Shown here piece after piece: positions 45,254 through 55,490 of a stretch of DNA of 64,000 nt. The stretch is from a virus. Its lineage: Duplodnaviria; Caudoviricetes. The notes beneath the pieces were generated by a model, which saw nothing but the letters and a program-made list of their open reading frames with translations, was not told the DNA's origin and did not search any database. Every line of letters starts with the position of its first letter. Positions within the stretch are counted from its first letter, which is position 1. The position numbers and the translations under genes are program-made. The stretch lies in IMG/VR virus record IMGVR_UViG_3300036985_005342, positions 658-64,657 of that record. The stretch is one strand, 5' to 3'.

Positions 45254-47068
45254 TCAGGAGTTGTCAACAAGTGTGACAGTGGTGACGTTCGCGCCAGTTC
45301 CGAGGGTTGCGCCGACCGGAGTGGTAAGCGTGACCGTGAAGGTCTGATCGGTTGCAGCAACGGCAGTCGCGAGGATGTCGATCTCGATGAACTTCGGATC
45401 GTTGTCGCCCGCTTCCCATTCCAACGTGCCGGTTCCGTCGAGGAAGTCGGTGTCGTTGGTGGTGACGTGGGCGGTCGTCCAAGTGACCGAAGCTGCGCCA
45501 GCGTTTCCACCGGTGCGGTTGACCGCGATGCGGAGGGTGTAGGCATCGCCCTCGAACACCGTAGTAGCGGTTCCAGCAGGGGAGAGACCCAACACGGAAG
45601 CGTCGGCGGACTCAGGAGCCACGCACTCGCCATCGTGTTCAGCGACCTTACCGCACTGGGCGCACTCGGCTTGCGAGCAGGCATCGGCAGCGGTGGTGTC
45701 GAACTCTTCTGGTCCGGCGAAGTTGTCGATACCGGGGCCGTAGTTGCGCTCGGTGACTTCGAGAACGTAGCCGGGGCGTTGGCTGTGGCGATAGGCAATG
45801 AAGCCCGAGAACTCGGGGTATTTTGCCTTGAAGCGGAACTCGTGGCGAGCGGCAAGCTTGAACTTGTCGTTATGCTCGTTGCACGAGAGGAAGCTTCCGT
45901 CCACAACCTTGACCGCGTAGTTCACGCCGGAGTTGTCTCCGCCGACAGGCTTGATGGGTTTCATCAAACCGTAACGCTTGAAGGAGCGCGGGTCAACGTG
46001 AGGGATCAGCGTGACCATGTCATGCTTGATGCCGTCAACCACAATGGAATCCTTGCGGTATTGGTGGTTGGTTCCGGTGATGAGACCGCCATCCTCACCG
46101 AGGGTGTTGACCCAGTCGTAAACACGAACGAAGGCATAGACGGGGTTTCCGCCAGCGGTGCCGGTCTGCTTGAAGTAACCACGGATCGGGGTCTCGTTGA
46201 AGTAGCACTTGATACCGCCGTAGGTATCATACATGCGTCCCTTCATCGGGCCTTCGGTGTCCTTGAGTTGATCGTTGAGATACTGCGTTCCGGTGATGTC
46301 GCGCTCGATTTTGTCTTTGATGACTGCGTCCTGCCAGTCAAGGCGGGGCATTTCAACTTCGAGCATGTAATCCTCGGAAGCCGCGAAACCGCGACCGCGA
46401 AGTTCGGCCATGATGTGATCGCGATAGTCCTGAAGGAAGTGAATCGTGATGCGATATTGTGGAGGGGCTTGCCATCCACCAGCGGACACGTTGAACTGAT
46501 CTCCTGCGAGAACCGAAGCGTTGGCTTCACCGTGACGGATCACGAGGTTCAGGAGGTTGTCCGAGAAGTTGGACATACCCCAGCGGGTGAATTGGTTCTT
46601 CATGCCGTTGAAGTAGCCACGAATGTGGGCTTCTCCAAGACGGTCGAGTTCACGAGCGCACTTGACGGGAGTATCGAGCGAAAGCTCGAAGTCCTCGAAC
46701 TCACGGATACGGAAGCCCTGCGAAAAGTCGATGGTGTGCTGGCCGTGGCAAGCATTGTCATCAATATCGTTGGTCAGGTTTCCGAAGATACCGTTTGTGC
46801 CGTGGAGGGTGCGACCTTTGAAGTCACCACCCTCAACGAGGGCACGCTCGGAATGATCGACGGAGTTGTAGGCCACGGAAGCCTGTTTGGCCTCGCCGTA
46901 AATAACGGACGAGCTGTTAGCATTGCGACGAACGACCCCACCATCGGGGATCATACGAAGTGCGAGATTCGGGGAGTCTTTAATCTCCTCACGGACGATG
47001 TCGGTGATTACCTCGGTCTGCTCGTAAAGGGCAGCGATAATCTTGTCTGGATTACATGCGGTTGACAT
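45254..47068 (-). CDS. Major capsid protein with C-terminal Calx-beta domain
   Basis: Follows scaffold, own promoter, strongly biased codons; C-terminus VNRTGG..ASVTWTT..DF..GTLEWEAGD..KFIEIDI..TFTVTL..GATLG..VTLVDN. Confidence 0.8.
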   Translation of the reverse strand: MSTACNPDKIIAALYEQTEVITDIVREEIKDSPNLALRMIPDGGVVRRNANSSSVIYGEAKQASVAYNSVDHSERALVEGGDFKGRTLHGTNGIFGNLTNDIDDNACHGQHTIDFSQGFRIREFEDFELSLDTPVKCARELDRLGEAHIRGYFNGMKNQFTRWGMSNFSDNLLNLVIRHGEANASVLAGDQFNVSAGGWQAPPQYRITIHFLQDYRDHIMAELRGRGFAASEDYMLEVEMPRLDWQDAVIKDKIERDITGTQYLNDQLKDTEGPMKGRMYDTYGGIKCYFNETPIRGYFKQTGTAGGNPVYAFVRVYDWVNTLGEDGGLITGTNHQYRKDSIVVDGIKHDMVTLIPHVDPRSFKRYGLMKPIKPVGGDNSGVNYAVKVVDGSFLSCNEHNDKFKLAARHEFRFKAKYPEFSGFIAYRHSQRPGYVLEVTERNYGPGIDNFAGPEEFDTTAADACSQAECAQCGKVAEHDGECVAPESADASVLGLSPAGTATTVFEGDAYTLRIAVNRTGGNAGAASVTWTTAHVTTNDTDFLDGTGTLEWEAGDNDPKFIEIDILATAVAATDQTFTVTLTTPVGATLGTGANVTTVTLVDNS

Positions 47069-47258
47069 AATTTTTGTTGGTTGAAGTTTCGATTTCTCGT
47101 TTCCGCAACTAACGAGCCACCGTCAGTCTCCTATGGACACCGTTGGAGGGACGCTAAATCCTCCGGTAAGCTGAACGTGATGCTCAAAGGCTGTGGCTTG
47201 GAAAACCACTAGGCTGAGAGCAATTCAGCACGTCTCCGAGGAACTGTCAACATAAAAA

Positions 47259-48590
47259 TCACCAGTCGTCTTCTTCGGATGGGCCGAAGATACCGGCGAG
47301 AGGATCGCGCTTGCGCGGATCTTCTTTTGCTTTCTTGCCGTCAAGTTTAACTCTTTTTCTCGATGCCTTCTGAACGGCATCAAACTCGGTCTCAGCTTCA
47401 TCATCATTATCTGAAGCCTTGGAAGCTTTCTCGACGTATTTGGAAAACTCGGCGCGGGTGACGAGAGCTTGCACAAACATCGGTGCGAGCTTTTTAAGTT
47501 TGGTTTGATGAAGTCTATCTCGCTCAACGAGATACTCTTTGATGTCGGTGCCGTTGGCTTCGAGTTTGTCGATGTCATCCTGAGTCAAGACACGCGGACC
47601 CACAAGCACGTCTAAAACATCCTTCTGAGCTTTTTCAAAACGCTTTTTGGCTTCAGGTGAACTCTTGATGAGCTTGGCTACAATGGCTTCAATAGAGTGT
47701 GGCTTGGCTTCAAGAACTTCATCAGGCACGTCACCAACTTTGTCGATGATCGGCTTGAACTCATTGGTTTTGTTTTCATATTCCTTGTAGCCAACGGAAA
47801 GCTTGCCGGTTTTGGCGCGGCTTTCGAGCTTGGTGTAGAGATTCTGAAGATCGCGTGTTTTCTCGGAGTTACGTTCGAGCAAGCCCATGATTCGGTCAAC
47901 GGTGGGCATAGCCGCGCTGCGTTCATCTTCGTCCATCTCCTCATACGGCACGTCTGAAAGTTTGAGGTTATCCACAATCGCGCCCGTTAGTTTTTCGTCG
48001 GCCTCGGCGGCTTTTTCAGAGGGCACCTCGGAAGCTTCGAGAAAGGCATCCATTAGAAAACCGAACTTCTTCACAAGGAGAGTCTTCGTTTCGCCGGGGA
48101 GGCGACGGGAAACCACACGAACGTCGGACAGGATGGTCTCCCGTGCGCTGACGTAATCGGGATGTTCAAAAGGTTTGATCTGAGTAGCCTCAACCTCCTC
48201 AAGGCGAGACTTTTTCTCCTCAAGCTCCTTGGTGACTCGGGCGAGTTCAAGGTCCTTTTCGGTGAGCTTGGCTTTCAGCTCTTTCGCCTCACGCCCACGA
48301 ATCTTTGCTTGTTCTCGGGCCTTGGATTCGATCCGGGGTGATTCCTCCTGCTCGTCTTCTTGGTCGTCGTCCTTACTCAGAACCTCATCGTAGTCGATGT
48401 CATCATCCGTGGAATCGGTGTCGTCGGATTCCTCTTCGGTGTCTTCGATTTCGTCCTCCACAGTATCCTCGATTTCATCATCCACGGTGTCCTCGACCCT
48501 ATCGCTTTCCTGCGACTCGGAGCCGAAAAGTTTGTCCATGATTTCCTCTGAACGCGGCGAAGCTACATCAATATCGTTGTTTTCTGACAT
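47259..48590 (-). CDS. Scaffolding protein
   Basis: Very acidic N-terminus, coiled coils, between portal and capsid. Confidence 0.7.
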   Translation of the reverse strand: MSENNDIDVASPRSEEIMDKLFGSESQESDRVEDTVDDEIEDTVEDEIEDTEEESDDTDSTDDDIDYDEVLSKDDDQEDEQEESPRIESKAREQAKIRGREAKELKAKLTEKDLELARVTKELEEKKSRLEEVEATQIKPFEHPDYVSARETILSDVRVVSRRLPGETKTLLVKKFGFLMDAFLEASEVPSEKAAEADEKLTGAIVDNLKLSDVPYEEMDEDERSAAMPTVDRIMGLLERNSEKTRDLQNLYTKLESRAKTGKLSVGYKEYENKTNEFKPIIDKVGDVPDEVLEAKPHSIEAIVAKLIKSSPEAKKRFEKAQKDVLDVLVGPRVLTQDDIDKLEANGTDIKEYLVERDRLHQTKLKKLAPMFVQALVTRAEFSKYVEKASKASDNDDEAETEFDAVQKASRKRVKLDGKKAKEDPRKRDPLAGIFGPSEEDDW

Positions 48591-48602
48591 ATTTTATTGT
48601 TT

Positions 48603-48863
48603 CTATTTTTGTTTTTCTTGAGATTGTTTGAGATCGTAAGCTGCTTTGAAAAGCAGAAAGATGTCGTCAATGTGTTTCATGGCAAGAATGGTTGGACCAA
48701 TCTTGTCAATGTTATTAGGCGTGATGACGGCACGTTGGATGTCGGTCAATACTTCCCTGATGTCAGGGTAGGCCGATCCGATGGATGCTACGAAACGGGG
48801 GTCCTTGAGAGCCGCATCAAGTTGCACGGTCTTGTGGACCGATAAAGGGGTGTGTTCGATCAT
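48603..48863 (-). CDS. Small protein between portal and scaffold
   Basis: 86 aa, coupled to portal stop. Confidence 0.6.
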   Translation of the reverse strand: MIEHTPLSVHKTVQLDAALKDPRFVASIGSAYPDIREVLTDIQRAVITPNNIDKIGPTILAMKHIDDIFLLFKAAYDLKQSQEKQK

Positions 48864-51151
48864 TCTTTTCTTTGTTGTTGTTTCCGCATTTCAGCCTGCT
48901 TCTCGATCCGCTTGTCGTCAAGCTTCAAACGCGCTGACTCGTTAATCTCACGAACGTATTGGCCACGTTGGGCGAGAGCCTGACGTGAAGCGGCATTCTT
49001 GTTCAGCCTGTCCATATTCTCAGCCTTGAGACCAAGTTCAACGGAACGCTGTCGGAGAGTTTCAAGCTTTAACGTGTAATCTGCCTGCTCCTTTGCACTC
49101 ATCCCCATCCCTTCGTCGGGCGTAGCCTCGTCGATTTCTTGGACGATAGTCTGTGCCGACTCGGAGATCATCTGATAATCTTGAAGGAAAAGCTTTGCCT
49201 CCCCCGCCGTGACAGGGTCGCCCATAAGTGTCTGGAGGTGTTGGCCGGTGTGTTCGACAAGGCCAGCAAAAGAAATGACATCGAGCTTGTCCCAAGGGCG
49301 AACGCTGTGAGCGGCCACATGGGCTTGCATGTCGAGAAGGTGAATCGGGATGTGGTCCTGATGGATGTCGTCTTGTGAGACTGGGAGTATCTGACCGAGC
49401 GCGGCACGACGGCGGATCGTGTCGTATTCATTCTCGGCGGTGATCTTCTGGGTGTTGATGATAGCCTTTGGAACCTTGACCAAGCTTTCAGCAAGGTCGG
49501 GGTCCTGAGTGCGAAGAAGGAGGGCCTGCTGGATCGCCAGCGGTCGAGCGATGGGTTCAAGGGCCATGCGGTTCGCCATGATCCAGTCGGCTGTCTCAAG
49601 CTGCTGCTGGCGATCACCGTTGCCGATGGTCCGCTTGACACGGATGCGGAGCCAAGTGAATTTTCCGTATTTCCTCTCGGCGAGCTTCTTGTAATCAATC
49701 CCGGAGGCTTCAAGCTTTTCGCGCACGCGCATTGTCTCACGGTGTCCGGCAGTCCCCGGCTTGGTATCACCGGCGAGAAGCCGCCACACGACGGTCTCAA
49801 GAATGGATTCCATGTGGTTGTAGGCTTCGGAGACACGGTTGGTCTGAAGCATGACCGAGTTTTTCTGGCGTTCGACTGCCTGCTGGCGAAGCTCGCCGCC
49901 GCGACCTGAGTTCGCCGTGTCCGACGTGGCCAGACCGGCAGCGTTCTGCGAAAGCAGCGAGAAGGGGGTCATCAGGCTCGCGGAATTGTTCCTGATCTGC
50001 ATTTCCTCGATACCTTGCGGGACGAAAGCGTCGGACACCGAGTTCCACTTCAGGACCTCCTCTGGGTCGGCCCCGTCGGTGAGTTTCCACTTGGGCTTGG
50101 CGCGTGCCTTGTCACCTTCGATGATGAGGTTGAGCAACTCCTCCATCTCCGCGCCCGAGGCGTAGCTCATCTCAGCCACACCACGAAGGGTGTCGGTCGT
50201 CTTGACTCCGCCAATTTCGGAATCGACCGTGACCATGTGAAGCCAATCGGAAGCGTTCTCATACGCCTTGTCAAAATAGGCTATGATGCAGTGGGCAGAA
50301 GCATCCTCGGATTTTGACTTCAGCTCAATGCCCTCAATGTTGTCAATGAAGAGAGTGGCCGACACATACTGGTCGCTGCTTCTTTCCTTGGTTTTTATTT
50401 CGTAATACCAGCACGCGGAAATCGTAATCTGCCTGTCAAACAAATCGTTTTGGCGGACAGACTGGGCAATCGCAAAATCGTTTGAACTCTTCTTACTGTT
50501 TTCGCCGATTTGCTCTTCGATTGCCTCAATGAGCCTGTCGATGTTATCGACGGCGATGTGCTTGCCCTTTTCACCGCCTACGGCTTCACGGAGATTCTTG
50601 AGATCCATGACCCCAAGTTCAACCGATTGGAAAGCGTAGGGGATCTCTTCAGCGTCCAAAGACGTATTCCGTGGGAAATACATATCTGGCGATGGGGTGG
50701 GAAGCCAGCCGTATTTCTGTGGAAAAACCACAGGACATCCCCCGGCAATGACAATCTCCCCGGCGACCTTGCGCCAAAGGTTTGCAAAACGGCCTTTGTG
50801 GTGGATGGCGTTCTCGTTGATTGCTTGGCTGATCCGTTGACTGGTGACAAAGTCCTGCTCCGGGTTGTCGGTGTCCACGATGACCTCAAGGAGCGAGTTC
50901 GTGACCGTCACCATTGAAGTGAGCTGGGTCTCGTTCTGGAGCATGTCCCGGTGCGTGAGACCGTGGTTGACGATCTCGGTCCGGTTGAGTTGCTTGGCCT
51001 CCTCTTCGGAGAGCGTGTTCATCATGTTTGTGAACTTGCGAACAATCCCCAACCGGTCACGCCTGTCCCTGATATTTTCCCAAGCATCCTCACGAGCCTG
51101 TGCAAGTTCGGTGGCGTTTTCAAAATACTCGGAGTCAAATTTCATGTCCAT
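48860..51151 (-). CDS. Portal protein
   Basis: 763 aa downstream of TerL; QDDIHQDHIPIH motif and Gln-rich coiled C-terminus of P22-like portals. Confidence 0.75.
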   Translation of the reverse strand: MDMKFDSEYFENATELAQAREDAWENIRDRRDRLGIVRKFTNMMNTLSEEEAKQLNRTEIVNHGLTHRDMLQNETQLTSMVTVTNSLLEVIVDTDNPEQDFVTSQRISQAINENAIHHKGRFANLWRKVAGEIVIAGGCPVVFPQKYGWLPTPSPDMYFPRNTSLDAEEIPYAFQSVELGVMDLKNLREAVGGEKGKHIAVDNIDRLIEAIEEQIGENSKKSSNDFAIAQSVRQNDLFDRQITISACWYYEIKTKERSSDQYVSATLFIDNIEGIELKSKSEDASAHCIIAYFDKAYENASDWLHMVTVDSEIGGVKTTDTLRGVAEMSYASGAEMEELLNLIIEGDKARAKPKWKLTDGADPEEVLKWNSVSDAFVPQGIEEMQIRNNSASLMTPFSLLSQNAAGLATSDTANSGRGGELRQQAVERQKNSVMLQTNRVSEAYNHMESILETVVWRLLAGDTKPGTAGHRETMRVREKLEASGIDYKKLAERKYGKFTWLRIRVKRTIGNGDRQQQLETADWIMANRMALEPIARPLAIQQALLLRTQDPDLAESLVKVPKAIINTQKITAENEYDTIRRRAALGQILPVSQDDIHQDHIPIHLLDMQAHVAAHSVRPWDKLDVISFAGLVEHTGQHLQTLMGDPVTAGEAKLFLQDYQMISESAQTIVQEIDEATPDEGMGMSAKEQADYTLKLETLRQRSVELGLKAENMDRLNKNAASRQALAQRGQYVREINESARLKLDDKRIEKQAEMRKQQQRKE

Positions 51152-51879
51152 AGGTTCTTAGCGGCGTATTGGTCAAAATTTCCATCAAACAGTCCGAGAT
51201 CGTTTATGGTCGCCCACAACCACTGCCTTGCGGCTTCGACGGTGTAGGTCGGTATGTCGGATAAGTTTTCAAGGTTTAGGATGATCTTTTGGAAGTCGGA
51301 AGAGGTCCCCGAAAACGGGGATTTCTCGGGACTATAAAGGTCCTTGACAACTTCCGCAAGCATAATGAATCGACCGTAACTGAACCGGCTAGGAGCAACG
51401 CAAAGGTAGAGTTCAAGCAAGGACCACAATGAGCGTTGGGTCGCTGTGTCGAAGGGTCGTGTCTTGGTGTGAGGGTCGGATGACTTCTGGTATTTGATCG
51501 GAATGGCGACGGACATAAGCGTGAAAAGGTCAATCCTGCGGTATTTCTTCGGCACCCGCTGGAGCCATTGAATGTTCAGGTTGAGCCACAGGTCGGCGCG
51601 GGTGTAGTCGATGAGGTTAAGGTCAAAGTTCCGTGCGACATTCTGGTAAACGATCTCGGCTGTCGCCCCCTCGAAATGCGTCTGGATTGAATTAACGAAG
51701 AAGTCCACACCCCATCCACCGAAAGGGCTGTGTGGTTTCTTGGCAATGGGTTGGGAGAGATCAACGATCTTGCCGAACCTGTCGCTAATAGGCTGGGCTT
51801 CAGGTTCCAACTGGTAGTTCAGCCCCGAGTGCCCCATCGAGATAGGGGCTTTGATTTTGTTGCATGTTTGGCAGCTCAT
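51142..51879 (-). CDS. Hypothetical protein
   Basis: 245 aa starting MSCQTCNK, between TerL and portal. Confidence 0.7.
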   Translation of the reverse strand: MSCQTCNKIKAPISMGHSGLNYQLEPEAQPISDRFGKIVDLSQPIAKKPHSPFGGWGVDFFVNSIQTHFEGATAEIVYQNVARNFDLNLIDYTRADLWLNLNIQWLQRVPKKYRRIDLFTLMSVAIPIKYQKSSDPHTKTRPFDTATQRSLWSLLELYLCVAPSRFSYGRFIMLAEVVKDLYSPEKSPFSGTSSDFQKIILNLENLSDIPTYTVEAARQWLWATINDLGLFDGNFDQYAAKNLWT

Positions 51880-53882
51880 ATTTTCTTGATGATACGGCTT
51901 TTACCCAGACCTTTCTTTTCAAGCAAGCTCCAAAGTGACTCGCTGCGCTTTCCGTTCGTTACAGTTTTTGCTCGGAATCCGACACGTTGAAGTAACCCTG
52001 AGATCCCCATTAGAACGTCTCGATCATCTGGCGATACTTGCTGCCAGCGAGCCTTGTATTCCTTCTTGCCTTCGGAGACGTATTTCTTGTTGACAGTCTC
52101 ATAAAGCGTCCGGCTGAGTTGAATGACAGCAGTTTCAATGTTGCTGCCACCACGAACCTGCTTAGTTAGAAATAGGTCACTCGCGAGGAAAGCAAGTTCC
52201 GTGCATCGGTTTTTACAACAATCCTCGCTGTTCTTTTTGATGTTCTGGAGAAAGACACCTTCTGGGGCTTGATTGTAATCGAAAGCGTGGATGGAGTAGC
52301 CGAGCATCCGAGTCATCGACGAGACAATATCCGGCCTCATCGAGAAGTCATACCCGAAGTGAGAAGGTTTGATTCCGTGCGCGAGATTTAGTTCAGCGCA
52401 CTGGATAGCAATCTGATCCTCGTAGGAAACCATTCCTCCGATAGTGAAGCCAGAGGTCTCGACCCTTGCCGCACGCATTCTACCGAACCAGTAGTCGTTG
52501 TAGGTGGCATCCTTGACCAACTTGAGGGTCTTGAAGAAGTCCTTGAAAAGAACGACTTCCTGTGTTTCGTCATTGCCGTTGGCATCAGTGACCTTGGCGA
52601 TCCCGTATTGCGCGTAGCCCCACTTCGACTTGTCGCGTCCTCCGAAAGCAGGGTCGCAAAAGGAAACTGCACCGTCGATGCGGATCATGGTAAAGTATGG
52701 GTCCTTGTAGCGGGAGGACGAGAGCTTGGCCTTCGAGAGGACTGAGTTCATGTCGTCGCCCCGCGCCGGGAACGAACGCACCTGAGAATAGTAGTCCGGC
52801 GACTGCTCGCCGTAATCATCGAGCATCTGCTGGAGGTTTGACTGCTTGAAGAGCTTGGGGTAGAGGGTCTTGCCCGAGAGAATGTTCGGCGACTTGTGGC
52901 CATCGAAGCGAAGCGTGATCGAAGAGGCTTCGCTGTGCCACCAAGCATGTTCTTCGATGTCGAGATCATCGAAGGAAGCGGGACCCCCGTAAGTTGGTTT
53001 CGGACTGGTGAGCCTACCGCCCATGTCATCCTCGTTTTTGAAGTTCTGGGATGTGATGGCGAAGAACGCATCCTGCTGCGAGATGTTTGCCAGTGTGGTC
53101 AGGAAGGCCATGTTCTCGATCTCGTTGACCTCATCGACCACAATAAGCATCACGCCACGGTCGGTGTCCTTACCCCGAGTTTTTGATCCCTTGTATTTTC
53201 CAACATGCTTGGTGTTCCGCAGCTCGATCCTCGCGGCTTTCGGAATGTTGGGCATGAACTCAAGGCAGCGGTTGGCGTATTTTCGACCGTAAGGAAACAG
53301 CACGGAGGCATCTCCGAATCCTTGTCCGGTCGTGTTCGGGTGGGCTTCGCAGAGTTGATCCCACAGCTCTTCAATGTCGCCCCACACGGTCGAATCGGAA
53401 GCGGAGTCGAAGGGGTTGGCGACATAGACAACCGTGTATTCTGGGTCAATATACATCAGGGCAAAGGCGATGCGGCAACCGGAAGCGGATTTGCCTGAGT
53501 TTGCGCTACCGATGAGATTGAGTATTTTTTTGTTGGCTCCTCCAATACCCCGACAAAAAAACATCACAGCATCCGCAAGGGACGGTGTGATGTCTGTTTC
53601 TGGAAACAGTAATTTTATCAGTGTGAGAAAGTGCTGGTAATACGGTTTGCCATGCTTTGAAAGACCGCCCCAGTTTGGACGCTTGGCCTCGAAAAGGATT
53701 TCACGCTCGATCTCCCACGGTTTCTTGTCCGGTTGAAGGACCCAGTATTTGCGGGGGCTGTTGCCGATCAGGGTGGAACTGATGCGGTCAGCCGTCAGGT
53801 TTTGGTCCGACCAGTCGAGCCGGTCGTGATTGAGAACGATCCCCTCGAAGGGATCTTTCCTGACTTCCTCTTCGATCATCAA
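51876..53882 (-). CDS. terL: Terminase large subunit
   Basis: Walker A GSANSGKS, Walker B LIVVDE, FDGHKSPN, nuclease FCDPAFGG, SPDDRD. Confidence 0.85.
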   Translation of the reverse strand: MMIEEEVRKDPFEGIVLNHDRLDWSDQNLTADRISSTLIGNSPRKYWVLQPDKKPWEIEREILFEAKRPNWGGLSKHGKPYYQHFLTLIKLLFPETDITPSLADAVMFFCRGIGGANKKILNLIGSANSGKSASGCRIAFALMYIDPEYTVVYVANPFDSASDSTVWGDIEELWDQLCEAHPNTTGQGFGDASVLFPYGRKYANRCLEFMPNIPKAARIELRNTKHVGKYKGSKTRGKDTDRGVMLIVVDEVNEIENMAFLTTLANISQQDAFFAITSQNFKNEDDMGGRLTSPKPTYGGPASFDDLDIEEHAWWHSEASSITLRFDGHKSPNILSGKTLYPKLFKQSNLQQMLDDYGEQSPDYYSQVRSFPARGDDMNSVLSKAKLSSSRYKDPYFTMIRIDGAVSFCDPAFGGRDKSKWGYAQYGIAKVTDANGNDETQEVVLFKDFFKTLKLVKDATYNDYWFGRMRAARVETSGFTIGGMVSYEDQIAIQCAELNLAHGIKPSHFGYDFSMRPDIVSSMTRMLGYSIHAFDYNQAPEGVFLQNIKKNSEDCCKNRCTELAFLASDLFLTKQVRGGSNIETAVIQLSRTLYETVNKKYVSEGKKEYKARWQQVSPDDRDVLMGISGLLQRVGFRAKTVTNGKRSESLWSLLEKKGLGKSRIIKKI

Positions 53883-54343
53883 GCCTTGGCCAGCTCGGCG
53901 AGCTGCTTCAGTTTGGCGACGGGGACCCCGAGATGCTCGGCGGTATCAGGCAGCTTGTTGAGCTGGTAGAGGTCGATGGTCGTGATCTCACCGCGAAGGA
54001 GGATGTTGACCAGCTCCTTTGGCTCCTTGACCACAAGGGTAGTCTTGCCGGGTTTCTCCTTGGAGATTTCCAGCTCGGTGACGAGGCCGGTGATTGCGTC
54101 CTTGAGGAAGAAGCGTTGTTCGATCACGGGGTCGGGTTCCGGCTCAGGAGCCTTGGCGGCAGCGGGCTTTTTCTTCTTCGGTCCGAAGTCATCCGGGTAG
54201 GTCGTCTTCAGTGCCGCGATGTAACCTGTCATTACGCTCTCGTCCTCGGTGGCGAGGAAAGCGAGAATGTCGTCAGCTTCAGTGGAGCCGCCATTGAGGA
54301 AGTAATCCCGGAGGTCGGCTAGTTTATTTTTGTTGATGTCCAT
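53879..54343 (-). CDS. Hypothetical protein upstream of TerL
   Basis: 154 aa, coupled to terL; HTH-like C-terminus. Confidence 0.65.
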   Translation of the reverse strand: MDINKNKLADLRDYFLNGGSTEADDILAFLATEDESVMTGYIAALKTTYPDDFGPKKKKPAAAKAPEPEPDPVIEQRFFLKDAITGLVTELEISKEKPGKTTLVVKEPKELVNILLRGEITTIDLYQLNKLPDTAEHLGVPVAKLKQLAELAKA

Positions 54344-54397
54344 GTTATTTCTATTGTTGAGAGTGTGACCCCGGCTCGCCTACAATTTAGAGGTGAA

Positions 54398-54427
54398 CAA
54401 AAAACCCCGCAAGGTTTCGCCCTTGCG
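54398..54427 (-). terminator. Putative terminator between lysis/phosphoesterase and packaging genes
   Basis: - strand CGCAAGG-GCGAAA-CCTTGCG then GGGTTTTTT. Confidence 0.5.
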
Positions 54428-54479
54428 ATTAACTCAGCGCACCGGGGTCGCGTGAGGGTTTCATGGGGGTATGAGTTTG

Positions 54480-55490
54480 TCAATGTTTCATGCGGCTGTG
54501 CATCGAACCCACAAGCGACCGACCTTCCCAGATCGGAATGTTGAGATGGAGGAACTCGCCCGAGGATGCGACAAACTGCACACCATAGCCGTGACTCCAA
54601 CCCGTCGGATTTGAGTGTCTCCACAGTGGTTGGCGCAGGCAAAGGCATCCGGGGTTGAAAGCCTTGACGAGGCCGACACCGGGAAGCACGAGCGAAGAGG
54701 TGTCCTCTTGGTGGGTGTGGGCATAGACGACATTGCCGCCGGTCCGCCCCACGGCGGACGAAGCCGCGTTCTTGCCGCTGCCAAGTTCATGCACGAAGAA
54801 AACCTTTCCGAGCTTGAGCCAACCCGGCGGAAGTGTGGGACAAGTCTTTTCGCCGCGTCGATAAAATTTAATCCCCCGTTCTTCAAGACGCATCAGCTTG
54901 TCGGGCGCGAGCATGGAGCGAAGGAACTCGGCATCGCGGTTGTGGCGCATGGTCTGGTCCACAACCCAACGCTCGACGCGGTCTTCGTGGTTGCCTTCGA
55001 GGTAATGGATCTCGGCGCGGGGGGCGGCTTCCATCACGCGGTCGAGGAACCAGTTTCCGCAGGCGATGTCATCCTGCCAAGAATACTCGGTCTGGGCCAC
55101 ATACCCGAGAGTGTGGTGAGCCGCGAGGAAACCCCCGCACTCAACAATGTCACCGAGGAGGACAATCTCATCAGGGTCCCACTTTTTCAAGTCTGTTAGA
55201 AACGCTTCAACGGCATCACGATCCATACCGCTACCGTGAACATCGCAGCAGATCACGCGAACGAGATCCTTGGATTTCCCCTTTCGTGGCTTGCTTGGAA
55301 TCGGCTCTGGGTATTTTGCCTTGTGGAGATTGTCGAACTCGACGAGAAGCTCGTCGCGGTCCTTGGTGACGGCGTTGAGTTCGCGCTTGATTTTCGCGAG
55401 AGCCGTTCTGGCGCGTGTTACTTCTGAGACTGCTTCGTCGCTTGAGACGCGCATCTTGCTAAGATCATGTCCGTTGGTGGGTTCATTCAT
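54480..55490 (-). CDS. Calcineurin-like metallophosphoesterase
   Basis: DVH, LLGDIVE, EGNHE, FVH, AHTH, GCLC motifs. Confidence 0.9.
   Translation of the reverse strand: MNEPTNGHDLSKMRVSSDEAVSEVTRARTALAKIKRELNAVTKDRDELLVEFDNLHKAKYPEPIPSKPRKGKSKDLVRVICCDVHGSGMDRDAVEAFLTDLKKWDPDEIVLLGDIVECGGFLAAHHTLGYVAQTEYSWQDDIACGNWFLDRVMEAAPRAEIHYLEGNHEDRVERWVVDQTMRHNRDAEFLRSMLAPDKLMRLEERGIKFYRRGEKTCPTLPPGWLKLGKVFFVHELGSGKNAASSAVGRTGGNVVYAHTHQEDTSSLVLPGVGLVKAFNPGCLCLRQPLWRHSNPTGWSHGYGVQFVASSGEFLHLNIPIWEGRSLVGSMHSRMKH

Noticed and set aside
47090-47130. Hammerhead ribozyme (CTGACG...GAAAC on - strand; similar hints at 14095 and 6265)
   Set aside because: Core CUGANGA is incomplete and the three stems cannot form together
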